A stretch of 64,000 bases of DNA from a virus (Duplodnaviria > Heunggongvirae > Uroviricota > Caudoviricetes). Positions 34,754-44,083 of this stretch are shown here, piece by piece. Location of the stretch: IMG/VR virus record IMGVR_UViG_3300029725_000197; one strand, written 5' to 3'. The position numbers were made by a program, and so were the translations under genes. Below the pieces are notes generated by a model. The model was given only the letters and a program-made list of their open reading frames with translations, had not been told where the DNA came from and ran no database searches. The first letter of the stretch is position 1. Every line of letters starts with the position of its first letter.

Positions 34754-37700
34754 ATGGCATCCAGAATCCAGGGCATCACCGTTGAGATTGGCGGCGATAC
34801 CACAAAGCTCTCCAAAGCACTGGAAAGTGTAAACAAGTCAATCAAGGGGACGCAGTCCGGACTGAAGGATGTCAACAAACTCCTGAAACTGGACCCCTCC
34901 AATACAGAACTGGCTGTCCAGAAGCAGAAGATGCTTAAGGATGCCATTGAAGCTACCAAGGAAAAGCTGGCAACTCTGAAGACTGCGGCACAGCAGGCGA
35001 ATGAGCAGCTTGCCAATGGTGAGATCACCCAGCAGCAATATGATGCCCTCCAGCGTGAGATCGTGGAGACCGAACAGAATCTGCGATCCTTACAGGACCA
35101 GGCGGCTACTACCAATGCAACTCTTGCCAAAATCGATGAAGCCGGAGAAAAGCTCCAAAACATCGGATCTTCTGTGGAGAATGTCGGTAAGAAGTTCCTG
35201 CCGGTGACTGCCGCTGTAACGGGTCTTGGTACGGCAGCAGTAAAAACCGCAGCCGATTTCGATTCCGAGATGAGTAAGGTATCTGCCATTTCCGGTGCGA
35301 CCGGGGATGACTTTGACCAGCTCCGTGCGAAAGCCCGTGAAATGGGTGCGAAGACCAAGTTCTCTGCATCCGAGGCAGCTTCGGCGATGGAATACATGGC
35401 CATGGCCGGATGGAAGACTTCTGACATGCTGAACGGCATCGAGGGCGTCATGAACCTCGCGGCCGCTTCGGGTGAAGACCTCGCTACGACTTCAGATATT
35501 GTTACCGATGCCCTTACCGCGTTCGGCTTATCCGCTGCGGATTCTGGGCATTTTGCCGATATCCTCGCAGCCGCTTCCTCCAATGCGAACACCAACGTCT
35601 CCATGATGGGCGAGACGTTCAAGTACTGTGCGCCTATTGCCGGTGCGCTGGGGTTCTCGGCAGAGGATACCGCAGAAGCCATCGGACTTATGGCAAACAG
35701 TGGTATCAAGGCTTCACAGGCTGGTACTTCCCTTCGTACCATCATGAATAACCTTTCCGGTGAAGTGACCTTTGTGGGTAAAAACATCGGTGAGGTCACG
35801 ATTGCAACCAGCAATGCAGATGGCAGCATGAGAAGCCTGAACGACATCCTTGCAGACTGCCGTGTGGCATTCTCCGGGCTGTCGGAATCTGAGAAGGCCG
35901 CCAACGCAGAGGCATTGGTCGGCAAGAATGCGATGTCCGGCTTTCTTGCCCTGATGAATTCCAGCCAGTCGGATATCGATAAATTAAGCAGTGCCATTGA
36001 AAACTGCGATGGCGCATCTGAGAGCATGGCAGAGACCATGCAGGACAATTTAAATGGTCAGCTCACCATCCTGAAATCTCAGCTGGAGGAGCTGGCTATT
36101 TCTTTTGGCGATATCCTGATGCCGACCATCCGTAAGATCGTATCTGCCGTGCAGCAGTTCGTGGACAAGCTCAACAGCATGGATGAAAGTACCAGGGAAA
36201 CGATCATCAAGATCGGACTTCTGGCAGCATCCATCGGTCCGCTGCTCATTGTGCTGGGTAAGACCATATCGACCGTCGGCACAGCGATGCGGGGATTCAG
36301 TTCTCTTGCAAAGGGTGTCCGGCTTCTTATCACCCATGTGGGCAGTGCCAGCGGTGTGTTCAGCAAGCTGGGTGTGGTTCTGGGTGGTCTGTCCGGGCCG
36401 GTCGTAGCAGTGGTGGCGGTCATCGGCACACTGGTGGCGGCGTTCATGAACCTCTGGAATACGAACGAGGAGTTCCGTACTGCCATTACCGGTATCTGGA
36501 ACGACATCGTTTCAAAGGTGAAAGGCTTCTGCGATCAGCTGACACAGCGGATCAACGGGCTGGGCTTTGACTTCAAGGATGTCACCGAGGTACTGAAAGC
36601 TGTCTGGGATGGCTTCTGTCAGGTGCTTGCACCGCTGTTTGAGGGAGCTTTCCAGAATATTGCCACCATCCTCGGCGTTGTTCTGGATACGCTACTTGGT
36701 CTGTTCGATGTCTTTTCCAATGTGTTCTCCGGCAACTGGAGCGGCGCATGGGAAGCGGTAAAGGGTATCTTTTCCAGCATCTGGGATGGCGTGAAGTCCA
36801 TTTTCTCCACGACCCTTACTGCTCTGAAGAGTGCGCTGGATGTGTTCCTTGGGCTGTTCGGTACGGACTGGCAGACGGTCTGGGGCAGTATCAAGAGCTT
36901 CTTCGAGACTGTGTGGAGTGGAATCAGCAGCTTCTTTTCAAACACAGTTTCCGCTATCCAAAGTGTAGCAACGACTGTATTTACAGCAGTGTCTGGATTT
37001 TTCACCACCGTCCTTACGAGTATCCAGACGACCTTCAGCACCATCTGGACTGCCATTTCCACAGCAGTTTCTTCTGTGCTGAATACGATCCATACCACGG
37101 TGACAACTGTGTGGACGGCAATCTCGACCGCAATCTCTACGGTCATGAACTCCATCAGTACGACGATTACTTCGGTGTGGAACGGCATCTACAACACCAT
37201 GAAACCTCTGCTGGATGCGTTCAAATATCTGTTTGAGACCATCTGGCAGGCAATCCAGATCCTGATCGGCGCAGCACTGACCGCGATCCAGACGAAGATC
37301 ACTTCCATCTGGAACGCCATCGTCGCTTTTGTGACTCCGATGTTGACCAGATTGCAGACGACTTTCTCTACAGTTTGGTCAGCGATTCAGACAGCCATCT
37401 CCACGGTGCTGACAGCAATCCAGACCGCAGTGACGACGGTATGGAATGCCATTGTATCGTTCTTGACTCCGCTGCTGACTGGCATTCAGACCCGGATGAG
37501 TACGGCATGGAATGCGATCAAGACGGTCATTTCGACTGTCCTTTCTGCGATTCGGTCCACGGTTTCTTCTATCTGGACTGCCATCAGCAGCAAGATCTCC
37601 GGTGTGGTAAATGGCATCAAATCGGTGGTTTCTTCCGGCTGGAATGCCATGAAGTCCACGGTATCGTCCCTCAGTAACAGCATCAAAAGTGCGGCGACCA

Positions 37701-40663
37701 CAGCTTTTAATTCCATGAAATCCGGGATTTCCTCTACGATCTCCGGTATCAAGACCACCATCACGAACGGCTTTAACAGTGCAGTTTCCTTTATCAAGGG
37801 GTTGGCTGGACAGGCATTCTCGTGGGGCTCTGACATGATCGGCAACATTGTGTCCGGTATCCAGTCGAGGATTCAGGATGTGGCAAGTGCTGTATCGGGA
37901 GTGGCAGACCGTATCCGTTCCTTCCTGCACTTCTCTGTGCCGGATGAAGGACCTCTGGCAGATATGGAAAGCTGGATGCCGGACTTCATGCAGGGTCTGG
38001 CAAACGGTATCACGACCAACACCAGCCTTGTGACTGCGGCGGCGGAGAACCTGTCCACCACGCTGTCTACCTCCATCACCAACTCCATGAGGGGTGTGGA
38101 GCAGGCATACAGTAAGAGCTGGGCCGCCATCAGCCAGACGGTGAAAACCGGAACGGCAGGTGTAAGTGCTGCGATGAGATCCGCATGGAGTTCCATTACG
38201 ACCAGTACCACCAGCACATGGAATACCATCAAGTCCAGTATCCAGAACAGCTTCTCGGCGGTGAAATCCAATGTGACCTCTGCGACAGCAGCAGTGAAAA
38301 CGTCCATGACCAGTGCATGGAATGCGGTGAAGTCGCTGACAACGACCAGCTGGAACGGAATTAAAATGGTCATTACCACAGCGTGGAACGGGATTAAATC
38401 CCTTACCACCTCTGCGACCGCTTCTGTAAAAACGTCCATGACCAGCGCATGGAATGCGGTGAAAAACCTGACAAATACCAGCTGGAATGGTATCAAAACA
38501 GTCATCACGACTGCATGGAACAGCATCAAGAGTCTTACAACTTCCTCTGTATCCGCAGTTCGCAGTACGGTCACAAGCGGCTGGAACACACTGAAATCTA
38601 CCACGACCTCTGCCTTCAACAGCATCAAGTCCACGGTGTCTTCGGCAATGTCCAGCCTGCGCAGCACGGCTTCTTCCGGTGTTGCAAGTATCAGGAGCAG
38701 TTTTAACTCGCTCGGTTCGATTGCTTCTTCGGCATACCGCTGGGGTGCAGATATCTGTTCCCAGATGGCGTCAGGTGTCCGGGCAGCAGCCGGTTCCGTG
38801 ATCGCAGCGGCAGAAAATGTCGCAAGCAGGGTCAGAAGTCTGCTGCATTTCTCTGTACCAGATGAAGGACCTCTGTCCGATGCAGATACCTATATGCCGG
38901 ACTTCATGAAGCTGCTGGCGACCGGCATTAAGAAAAATGTCAAGTCGGTGGTGAAAGCCGTGCAGGGACTTGCCGGGTCTATGAGCAACAACCTCACGAC
39001 CCCGGTAGATTCTCTGGGCGACTGGATGGATTCCGTGGTCGGCAGTTTTGCTACCACGATCAAGAAAAGTCAGAGCGGTATCGGTAGTGCTGCAAGGGAT
39101 GTGGGCAGCGGTATCCAGTCCCAGTTGATGTCCGGGCTTTCCGGTCTGAAAACACAGTTCCAGCAGATCTGGACTGACCTGCAGGGTATCACCAAAACCG
39201 CAGTCGGCGGCATGAGCGATGAAGTGAAGCAGGGCTTTGCGGATATGAAGGATTCCGTTGGAGAGCTGAGTTCTCAGACCAGTTCTCTTGGAAATGCGAT
39301 CCGCAGTCTTGGCGATACCTTCAACTCGGATTTCCTAAAGAGCCTGGGCAACGGCATCAGCAAGGTCGGTGACACGGTCAATACGGTCACGGGGCTTGTG
39401 GACAAGCTCGGCTCCATGAAGAACACCATCGGAAATCTCGGAAATACGATGCAGAACCTTGGCAATGTCCTCGGTACAGAGAACGGCGGTGGTCTGTTGT
39501 CCAACATCGGAGATTTCTTGTCGAAGATCGGCAGTGCAGATGGAGGTCAGATCGTGTCGAAGTTTGGCAATCTGATCTCTGGGCTGACCTCTAAAATGGG
39601 CGGTCTGGGAGAGGGAATCTCCGGCATCATCTCGAAGCTGGGAAGCCTTGGCTCCAGCGGTGGGGGAATCCTGTCGAATCTGGGCGGGCTGCTTTCTGGT
39701 GTAGTGTCGAAGATCGGCGGCTTAGGTGGCAGTCTTTCTGGGCTTCTGTCTGGTGTGGGTTCCACATTGGGCGGAATTGCTGGTTTTGCCGGTTCCGCAA
39801 TGGCAGGACTGTTCGGCTCGGTTGGCACGACCGTATCCGGTCTGGCTGCTGGTGCGGGATCGGCTCTGGCTGGTATCGCTTCCTCGGCCGGAGGAGTGCT
39901 TGCTTCGGCAGGTACAGCACTTGCCGGTCTTGCCGGTCCTGCAGGTATCGCAGTGGCAGCAGTTGGTGGCATCGGTCTTGGACTGACGAGCCTCTGGAAA
40001 AACTGCGATGGCTTCCGGGAAGGTGTCACAAATATCTGGAACAAGGTTACGTCGGTATTCTCGAATGGAGTAAACGCCATCAAGAACGGTATTTCTAATG
40101 CGGCTTCTGCTATTGGCAATGTGGCATCGTCCATCTGGGGCGGTATCAAGAACGTGGCTTCTTCGGCAGTCAGCTGGGGCAAGGACATCGTTGGCGGTAT
40201 CGCGGGCGGCATCAAGAAAGGCGTGAGCTGGGTCGGCAATGCGGTCAAGAGTGTGGCAAATGGCATCCGCTCGTTCCTGCACTTCTCTGTGCCGGATGAA
40301 GGGCCGCTGGCAGATGCCGACACCTATATGCCCGACTTCATGAAGCTGCTTTCCGGCGGCATCAAGAAAGGCGAAGGCGGACTGATCAGCCAGATCAGGT
40401 CGATGGCAGCAAAGGTACAGCAGGGTATGGAGGGCATCAGCTCCTTCAGTCTGCCGGAACTGACCTTGCCACATTTCGATGGCTCCGGCTGGAACTTCCC
40501 GCAGGCGGCTCTGGCCGGAGGTGGCACCACCCGGACGACCAACCTTGGCGGTGTGTATATCACAGTCAACGGTTATAATGCCCGGAACGACGATGAACTC
40601 GCACAGACCGTTGCCGATAAGATCAACGGCATGATCCATGAGGATGATTCGGTCTTCAAGTAA
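34754..40663 (+). CDS. tail tape measure protein (1969 aa)
   Basis: RBS AAGGAGGTGG before ATG 34754. TP901-like TMP core ('SKVSAISGATGDDFDQLR…MEYMAMAGW'), long internal tandem repeats (TS.WN.IKS…), and three 'FLHFSVPDEGPL(A/S)D…MPDFM' modules. Confidence 0.85.
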   Translation: MASRIQGITVEIGGDTTKLSKALESVNKSIKGTQSGLKDVNKLLKLDPSNTELAVQKQKMLKDAIEATKEKLATLKTAAQQANEQLANGEITQQQYDALQREIVETEQNLRSLQDQAATTNATLAKIDEAGEKLQNIGSSVENVGKKFLPVTAAVTGLGTAAVKTAADFDSEMSKVSAISGATGDDFDQLRAKAREMGAKTKFSASEAASAMEYMAMAGWKTSDMLNGIEGVMNLAAASGEDLATTSDIVTDALTAFGLSAADSGHFADILAAASSNANTNVSMMGETFKYCAPIAGALGFSAEDTAEAIGLMANSGIKASQAGTSLRTIMNNLSGEVTFVGKNIGEVTIATSNADGSMRSLNDILADCRVAFSGLSESEKAANAEALVGKNAMSGFLALMNSSQSDIDKLSSAIENCDGASESMAETMQDNLNGQLTILKSQLEELAISFGDILMPTIRKIVSAVQQFVDKLNSMDESTRETIIKIGLLAASIGPLLIVLGKTISTVGTAMRGFSSLAKGVRLLITHVGSASGVFSKLGVVLGGLSGPVVAVVAVIGTLVAAFMNLWNTNEEFRTAITGIWNDIVSKVKGFCDQLTQRINGLGFDFKDVTEVLKAVWDGFCQVLAPLFEGAFQNIATILGVVLDTLLGLFDVFSNVFSGNWSGAWEAVKGIFSSIWDGVKSIFSTTLTALKSALDVFLGLFGTDWQTVWGSIKSFFETVWSGISSFFSNTVSAIQSVATTVFTAVSGFFTTVLTSIQTTFSTIWTAISTAVSSVLNTIHTTVTTVWTAISTAISTVMNSISTTITSVWNGIYNTMKPLLDAFKYLFETIWQAIQILIGAALTAIQTKITSIWNAIVAFVTPMLTRLQTTFSTVWSAIQTAISTVLTAIQTAVTTVWNAIVSFLTPLLTGIQTRMSTAWNAIKTVISTVLSAIRSTVSSIWTAISSKISGVVNGIKSVVSSGWNAMKSTVSSLSNSIKSAATTAFNSMKSGISSTISGIKTTITNGFNSAVSFIKGLAGQAFSWGSDMIGNIVSGIQSRIQDVASAVSGVADRIRSFLHFSVPDEGPLADMESWMPDFMQGLANGITTNTSLVTAAAENLSTTLSTSITNSMRGVEQAYSKSWAAISQTVKTGTAGVSAAMRSAWSSITTSTTSTWNTIKSSIQNSFSAVKSNVTSATAAVKTSMTSAWNAVKSLTTTSWNGIKMVITTAWNGIKSLTTSATASVKTSMTSAWNAVKNLTNTSWNGIKTVITTAWNSIKSLTTSSVSAVRSTVTSGWNTLKSTTTSAFNSIKSTVSSAMSSLRSTASSGVASIRSSFNSLGSIASSAYRWGADICSQMASGVRAAAGSVIAAAENVASRVRSLLHFSVPDEGPLSDADTYMPDFMKLLATGIKKNVKSVVKAVQGLAGSMSNNLTTPVDSLGDWMDSVVGSFATTIKKSQSGIGSAARDVGSGIQSQLMSGLSGLKTQFQQIWTDLQGITKTAVGGMSDEVKQGFADMKDSVGELSSQTSSLGNAIRSLGDTFNSDFLKSLGNGISKVGDTVNTVTGLVDKLGSMKNTIGNLGNTMQNLGNVLGTENGGGLLSNIGDFLSKIGSADGGQIVSKFGNLISGLTSKMGGLGEGISGIISKLGSLGSSGGGILSNLGGLLSGVVSKIGGLGGSLSGLLSGVGSTLGGIAGFAGSAMAGLFGSVGTTVSGLAAGAGSALAGIASSAGGVLASAGTALAGLAGPAGIAVAAVGGIGLGLTSLWKNCDGFREGVTNIWNKVTSVFSNGVNAIKNGISNAASAIGNVASSIWGGIKNVASSAVSWGKDIVGGIAGGIKKGVSWVGNAVKSVANGIRSFLHFSVPDEGPLADADTYMPDFMKLLSGGIKKGEGGLISQIRSMAAKVQQGMEGISSFSLPELTLPHFDGSGWNFPQAALAGGGTTRTTNLGGVYITVNGYNARNDDELAQTVADKINGMIHEDDSVFK

Positions 40664-40677
40664 AGGAGGAGATGCGT

Positions 40678-41454
40678 ATGGGCTATAACACCCCAAAGCA
40701 AACAGTATCACAGTTTCAGTTAAAAGACAGATATGCCAGACAGTATCTGTCGTTTGCCGGGAAGTCCAGCAAAGACTTCCTATTATATTTGTCTGGTCCC
40801 GGTGTGTATGATTCCCCGGCTGCGGATGTGGAGAGCACCTCCGTACCCGGCAGGAACGGAGACATCCTCACCGAGAATGCAAAGGCAGGCCGCCGCAGGT
40901 ATCAGAACGTGGATATCAAGTATAAGGCATTTTTCTTCAACGGACTGCCAGCTAAGACAGCAGCAGTCAAGGCATGGCTTCTGTCGCCGGTGGGGTATCA
41001 GAAATTGCAGGATACCTACGACCCGGATTTCTTTCGGATGGCGGTCTGCAAGGATGCCCTTGCTTTTGATGTGACAGCCCAGAAAGCCGCTGAGATGGAG
41101 CTGGCATTTAACTGTAAGCCTCAGCGGTGGAGCGTGGATGGACAGAGGGCGATCCGGCTGGATAGCAGGTCGACCCTAAAGAATCCCTTTGCATTTCCGG
41201 CACAGCCCATCTTCAAGGTTTACGGAGACAGTGGCGGCGAGCTGTATGTGGGGGAAGAGAAGATCACCATCCACAGCATCAAAGATTATGTGCTGCTCAA
41301 CTGTGAGACGCACAACGCTTACAACGCTTCCGGCTTCTGCAATGAGACCATCCTTTCGGATGACTTCCCGGAACTGCCGGAAGGAAAGACACAGATCACA
41401 TGGACAGGCGGTATCACGGCGGTGGAAGTCATTCCCCGTTGGTGGACGCTCTGA
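40678..41454 (+). CDS. distal tail protein (Dit)
   Basis: Position right after the TMP, ~258 aa, siphovirus tail-family pattern. Confidence 0.65.
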   Translation: MGYNTPKQTVSQFQLKDRYARQYLSFAGKSSKDFLLYLSGPGVYDSPAADVESTSVPGRNGDILTENAKAGRRRYQNVDIKYKAFFFNGLPAKTAAVKAWLLSPVGYQKLQDTYDPDFFRMAVCKDALAFDVTAQKAAEMELAFNCKPQRWSVDGQRAIRLDSRSTLKNPFAFPAQPIFKVYGDSGGELYVGEEKITIHSIKDYVLLNCETHNAYNASGFCNETILSDDFPELPEGKTQITWTGGITAVEVIPRWWTL

Positions 41455-41460
41455 GGGGAG

Positions 41461-43383
41461 GTGCAGCCAGTGATCCCATGTTTATATGATTCCAGAGAAA
41501 TGAAATTTGATAATAACGGCATTGGAAAGCTGGCAGATGCACAGTCTTGTACCGTGACTGAAAAACGAAACGGCAGCTATGAGCTGAAGCTCATCTGTCC
41601 GGCAGATGGCATCCACGCTGAGATGCTAGAGGAGGGAAACGTCATCCTTGCCAAACCATCTGATACGATGCAGCCGCAGCCGTTCCGAATCTACAAGATC
41701 ACGACTCCGATCGATGGAAAGCTGGAAGTGCAGGCACGGCATATTTCCTATCAGCTCAACTTTATCACGGTATCGCCTTTTTCAGTGACCGGCTGCGTCG
41801 GGGCAATGCAGGGGCTGAAAAGCCATGCGGCTTCCGACTGTCCGTTCTCAGTTTGGACAGATGTGGCATCCAGTGCGATGTTTACTGTGTCCGTTCCGGC
41901 ATCTTTCCGTAACTGTCTTGGCGGTATGGATGGCTCGGTATTGGATACTTTTGGAGGAGAGTTCGAGTGGGACCGCTACACAGTCAAGTTTCACAGAGCC
42001 AGAGGTGCGGACCACAACGTTCATATCGTCTACGGCAAAAATCTGACGGATTTCAAGATGGAGAAATCCATCGAGAATACCATTACAGGAGTGCATCCGT
42101 ACTGGGTAGACAACGAAACGCAGGCGGTTATGGAACTGCCAGAAAAAGTGGTCATGGTCAGCCGAAAATCTGTGCCGTATCAGAAGATTACGGTGCTGGA
42201 CTGCACCAGTGCCTTTCAGGAAAAGCCATCGGAAGCGGCTTTGCGAGAGTATGCACAGGACTATATTGATACGACCAGCCTGACAGAGCCGGAGGTCGAC
42301 ATTAAAATCGACTTCATTCAGCTTTGGAATACACCCGGATATGAGGATGTTGTACAGGCAGAACAGGTCTCGCTCTGTGATATGGTTCATGTGTATATCT
42401 CGAAGCTGGGTATTGAAGCCAGTTCCAAGGTTACAGAAACCGAATATGACTCGCTTTTGGAACGGTATAACAGCATCACGCTGTCGAATTCTACGGTCAG
42501 CAGCCGAAATTCCTCCCTGACAAGCTCCCTTAACAGTATCCGAAATACAGCAACCGCCGCATACGATACCGCAGTCCGTGTGGAAACAGCAGTGGGAGAG
42601 CAGATGGGCGGCATTTCGGCCTCCATTATCTATGATGGTGCGTTGTTTGCTGCGCTGTTCGGCCTTCATTATAAAAATGAGACGGACAGTAAGGGGAATA
42701 CGACTCGGTACGCATTCAACGCAGCAACTCTGAAACAGTCAACGGTTGCGTGGAAGAATAGCCCGGCCGGATTTTTTGTTTCCACAGATGGCGGGAAGAC
42801 ATGGGGATATGGCTGGGAGTCAGATGATTCCGCAGTCAAAACAGCAATCCTGCTGGAGCAGACACTCAAGGAACTGGACGACCGTTACAAGAAAGCAGCC
42901 GAGCTTTCCGAGGAGTTGCTGGAGGAACTGGATGAGCGGTACAAAACAGCGACCGCTATTTCTGTAGAACTTCAGAAAACGCTCGATCAGCGGTATGAAA
43001 CGGCAAAGAAGCTGTCCAAAGAACTGTATGAGGAACTGGATAGGCGGTACAGCACCCTCACGGAAATCTCAGATGATTTGCAGAAGGAACTGGACGCGAA
43101 GTATCAGCCGTATATCCCTGTGTCCGAAAGTGCGCCGGAAGATCCGGCAGAGGATTCCTTCTGGGTCGATAAGAAGAACCTTCGGTTAAAACTGTGGGAC
43201 GGAGAACAGTGGCAGACGATTGGATATGAACCGGAAGAACCTGATCCAGAGCCAACGGAACCGACCACACCGACCGAGCCTGAAACCCCGGATACCGAAA
43301 AGCCGGGTAGTGAAGATAAGGATACGGAAAACAAAGAGGAAACAGATAATAAGGAGACGAATCAGGAAGGAGGGAGTTCGTAA
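41461..43383 (+). CDS. tail-associated lysin / tail endopeptidase (Tal) with C-terminal coiled-coil repeats and Pro/Thr/Glu-rich tail
   Basis: Prophage_tail-like N-terminus, 640 aa. ~20-aa repeats 'EELDxRYxxAxxLSxEL' (x4-5). The start may be GTG 41461 or 41470. Confidence 0.65.
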   Translation: MQPVIPCLYDSREMKFDNNGIGKLADAQSCTVTEKRNGSYELKLICPADGIHAEMLEEGNVILAKPSDTMQPQPFRIYKITTPIDGKLEVQARHISYQLNFITVSPFSVTGCVGAMQGLKSHAASDCPFSVWTDVASSAMFTVSVPASFRNCLGGMDGSVLDTFGGEFEWDRYTVKFHRARGADHNVHIVYGKNLTDFKMEKSIENTITGVHPYWVDNETQAVMELPEKVVMVSRKSVPYQKITVLDCTSAFQEKPSEAALREYAQDYIDTTSLTEPEVDIKIDFIQLWNTPGYEDVVQAEQVSLCDMVHVYISKLGIEASSKVTETEYDSLLERYNSITLSNSTVSSRNSSLTSSLNSIRNTATAAYDTAVRVETAVGEQMGGISASIIYDGALFAALFGLHYKNETDSKGNTTRYAFNAATLKQSTVAWKNSPAGFFVSTDGGKTWGYGWESDDSAVKTAILLEQTLKELDDRYKKAAELSEELLEELDERYKTATAISVELQKTLDQRYETAKKLSKELYEELDRRYSTLTEISDDLQKELDAKYQPYIPVSESAPEDPAEDSFWVDKKNLRLKLWDGEQWQTIGYEPEEPDPEPTEPTTPTEPETPDTEKPGSEDKDTENKEETDNKETNQEGGSS

Positions 43384-44063
43384 TGGTCACAGGCATTTAT
43401 CAGGAAGTGGAATTGTCGCTGACGGAGAATCTGATCCCGGTGACGGTTCCGGTCAAGCAGTATGACAACAAGGCGAGAAAAGTTCGCTGTGTTTTGTATA
43501 ACAACTCTGTGGAATATACTGTGCCGCAGAATTGTATTGTAGCCTGTTCCGGTACCCGTCCGGACGGTACGATCTTCCACTACACGAGTGAAACTGCGCC
43601 AGACCTTGTATTCGTTGAGAAGGGGGCAGTCCTCTTTACGATCACGACCTTCATGACGGCGCAGGCCGGACGTTTTCCGCTGGATGTTGTTATGCTCAGC
43701 ACAGAAGGTGATGTCCTTGGCTCATTCTCTCTTACGTTAAAGGTGGAGAGGGCGGCCATCAATAACGGCAAGATCGCCACTTACACATTTGCAGCATTCC
43801 TGAAAGCTGTTCGGGATGGCATCCGAAATCTGTTTATAGACAAGGCAGGCTGTTTTGGCTTTGAGTCGGATGACGGTCTGGGACTGAGTGATAGATCGGA
43901 GTCCAGTTCCGTAGAAAAGCTGTGCCGTGAGATCGTGGAAGGATCGATTACGGAGGATGGCTATTTTGCATTTGAAACAAAATGCGACCTTGGGCTGATA
44001 TTCACAACCGATGAAGAAGGACATCTGGTCGTGGAATATGGCGAGGATGATGTGTCAGTGTAA
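43383..44063 (+). CDS. baseplate/upper-baseplate-like structural protein
   Basis: 226 aa between Tal and the fibres. Start is coupled to the Tal stop. Confidence 0.4.
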   Translation: MVTGIYQEVELSLTENLIPVTVPVKQYDNKARKVRCVLYNNSVEYTVPQNCIVACSGTRPDGTIFHYTSETAPDLVFVEKGAVLFTITTFMTAQAGRFPLDVVMLSTEGDVLGSFSLTLKVERAAINNGKIATYTFAAFLKAVRDGIRNLFIDKAGCFGFESDDGLGLSDRSESSSVEKLCREIVEGSITEDGYFAFETKCDLGLIFTTDEEGHLVVEYGEDDVSV

Positions 44064-44083
44064 GGCTGACAGAAAGGGGTAAT

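Noticed and set aside
34726-36048. 440-aa minus-strand ORF, plus others (36079-36507, 37873-38667, 39547-40711), inside the tape measure gene
   Set aside because: These are antisense to a contiguous 1969-aa TMP with clear homology. The low-complexity repeat DNA keeps frames open by chance.
36900-38700. Regular ~100-bp periodic repeats in the TMP, considered as a possible CRISPR array
   Set aside because: The repeats are in-frame protein repeats (TS.WN.IKS…) within one ORF. They lack short identical direct repeats with unique spacers and there is no cas context.
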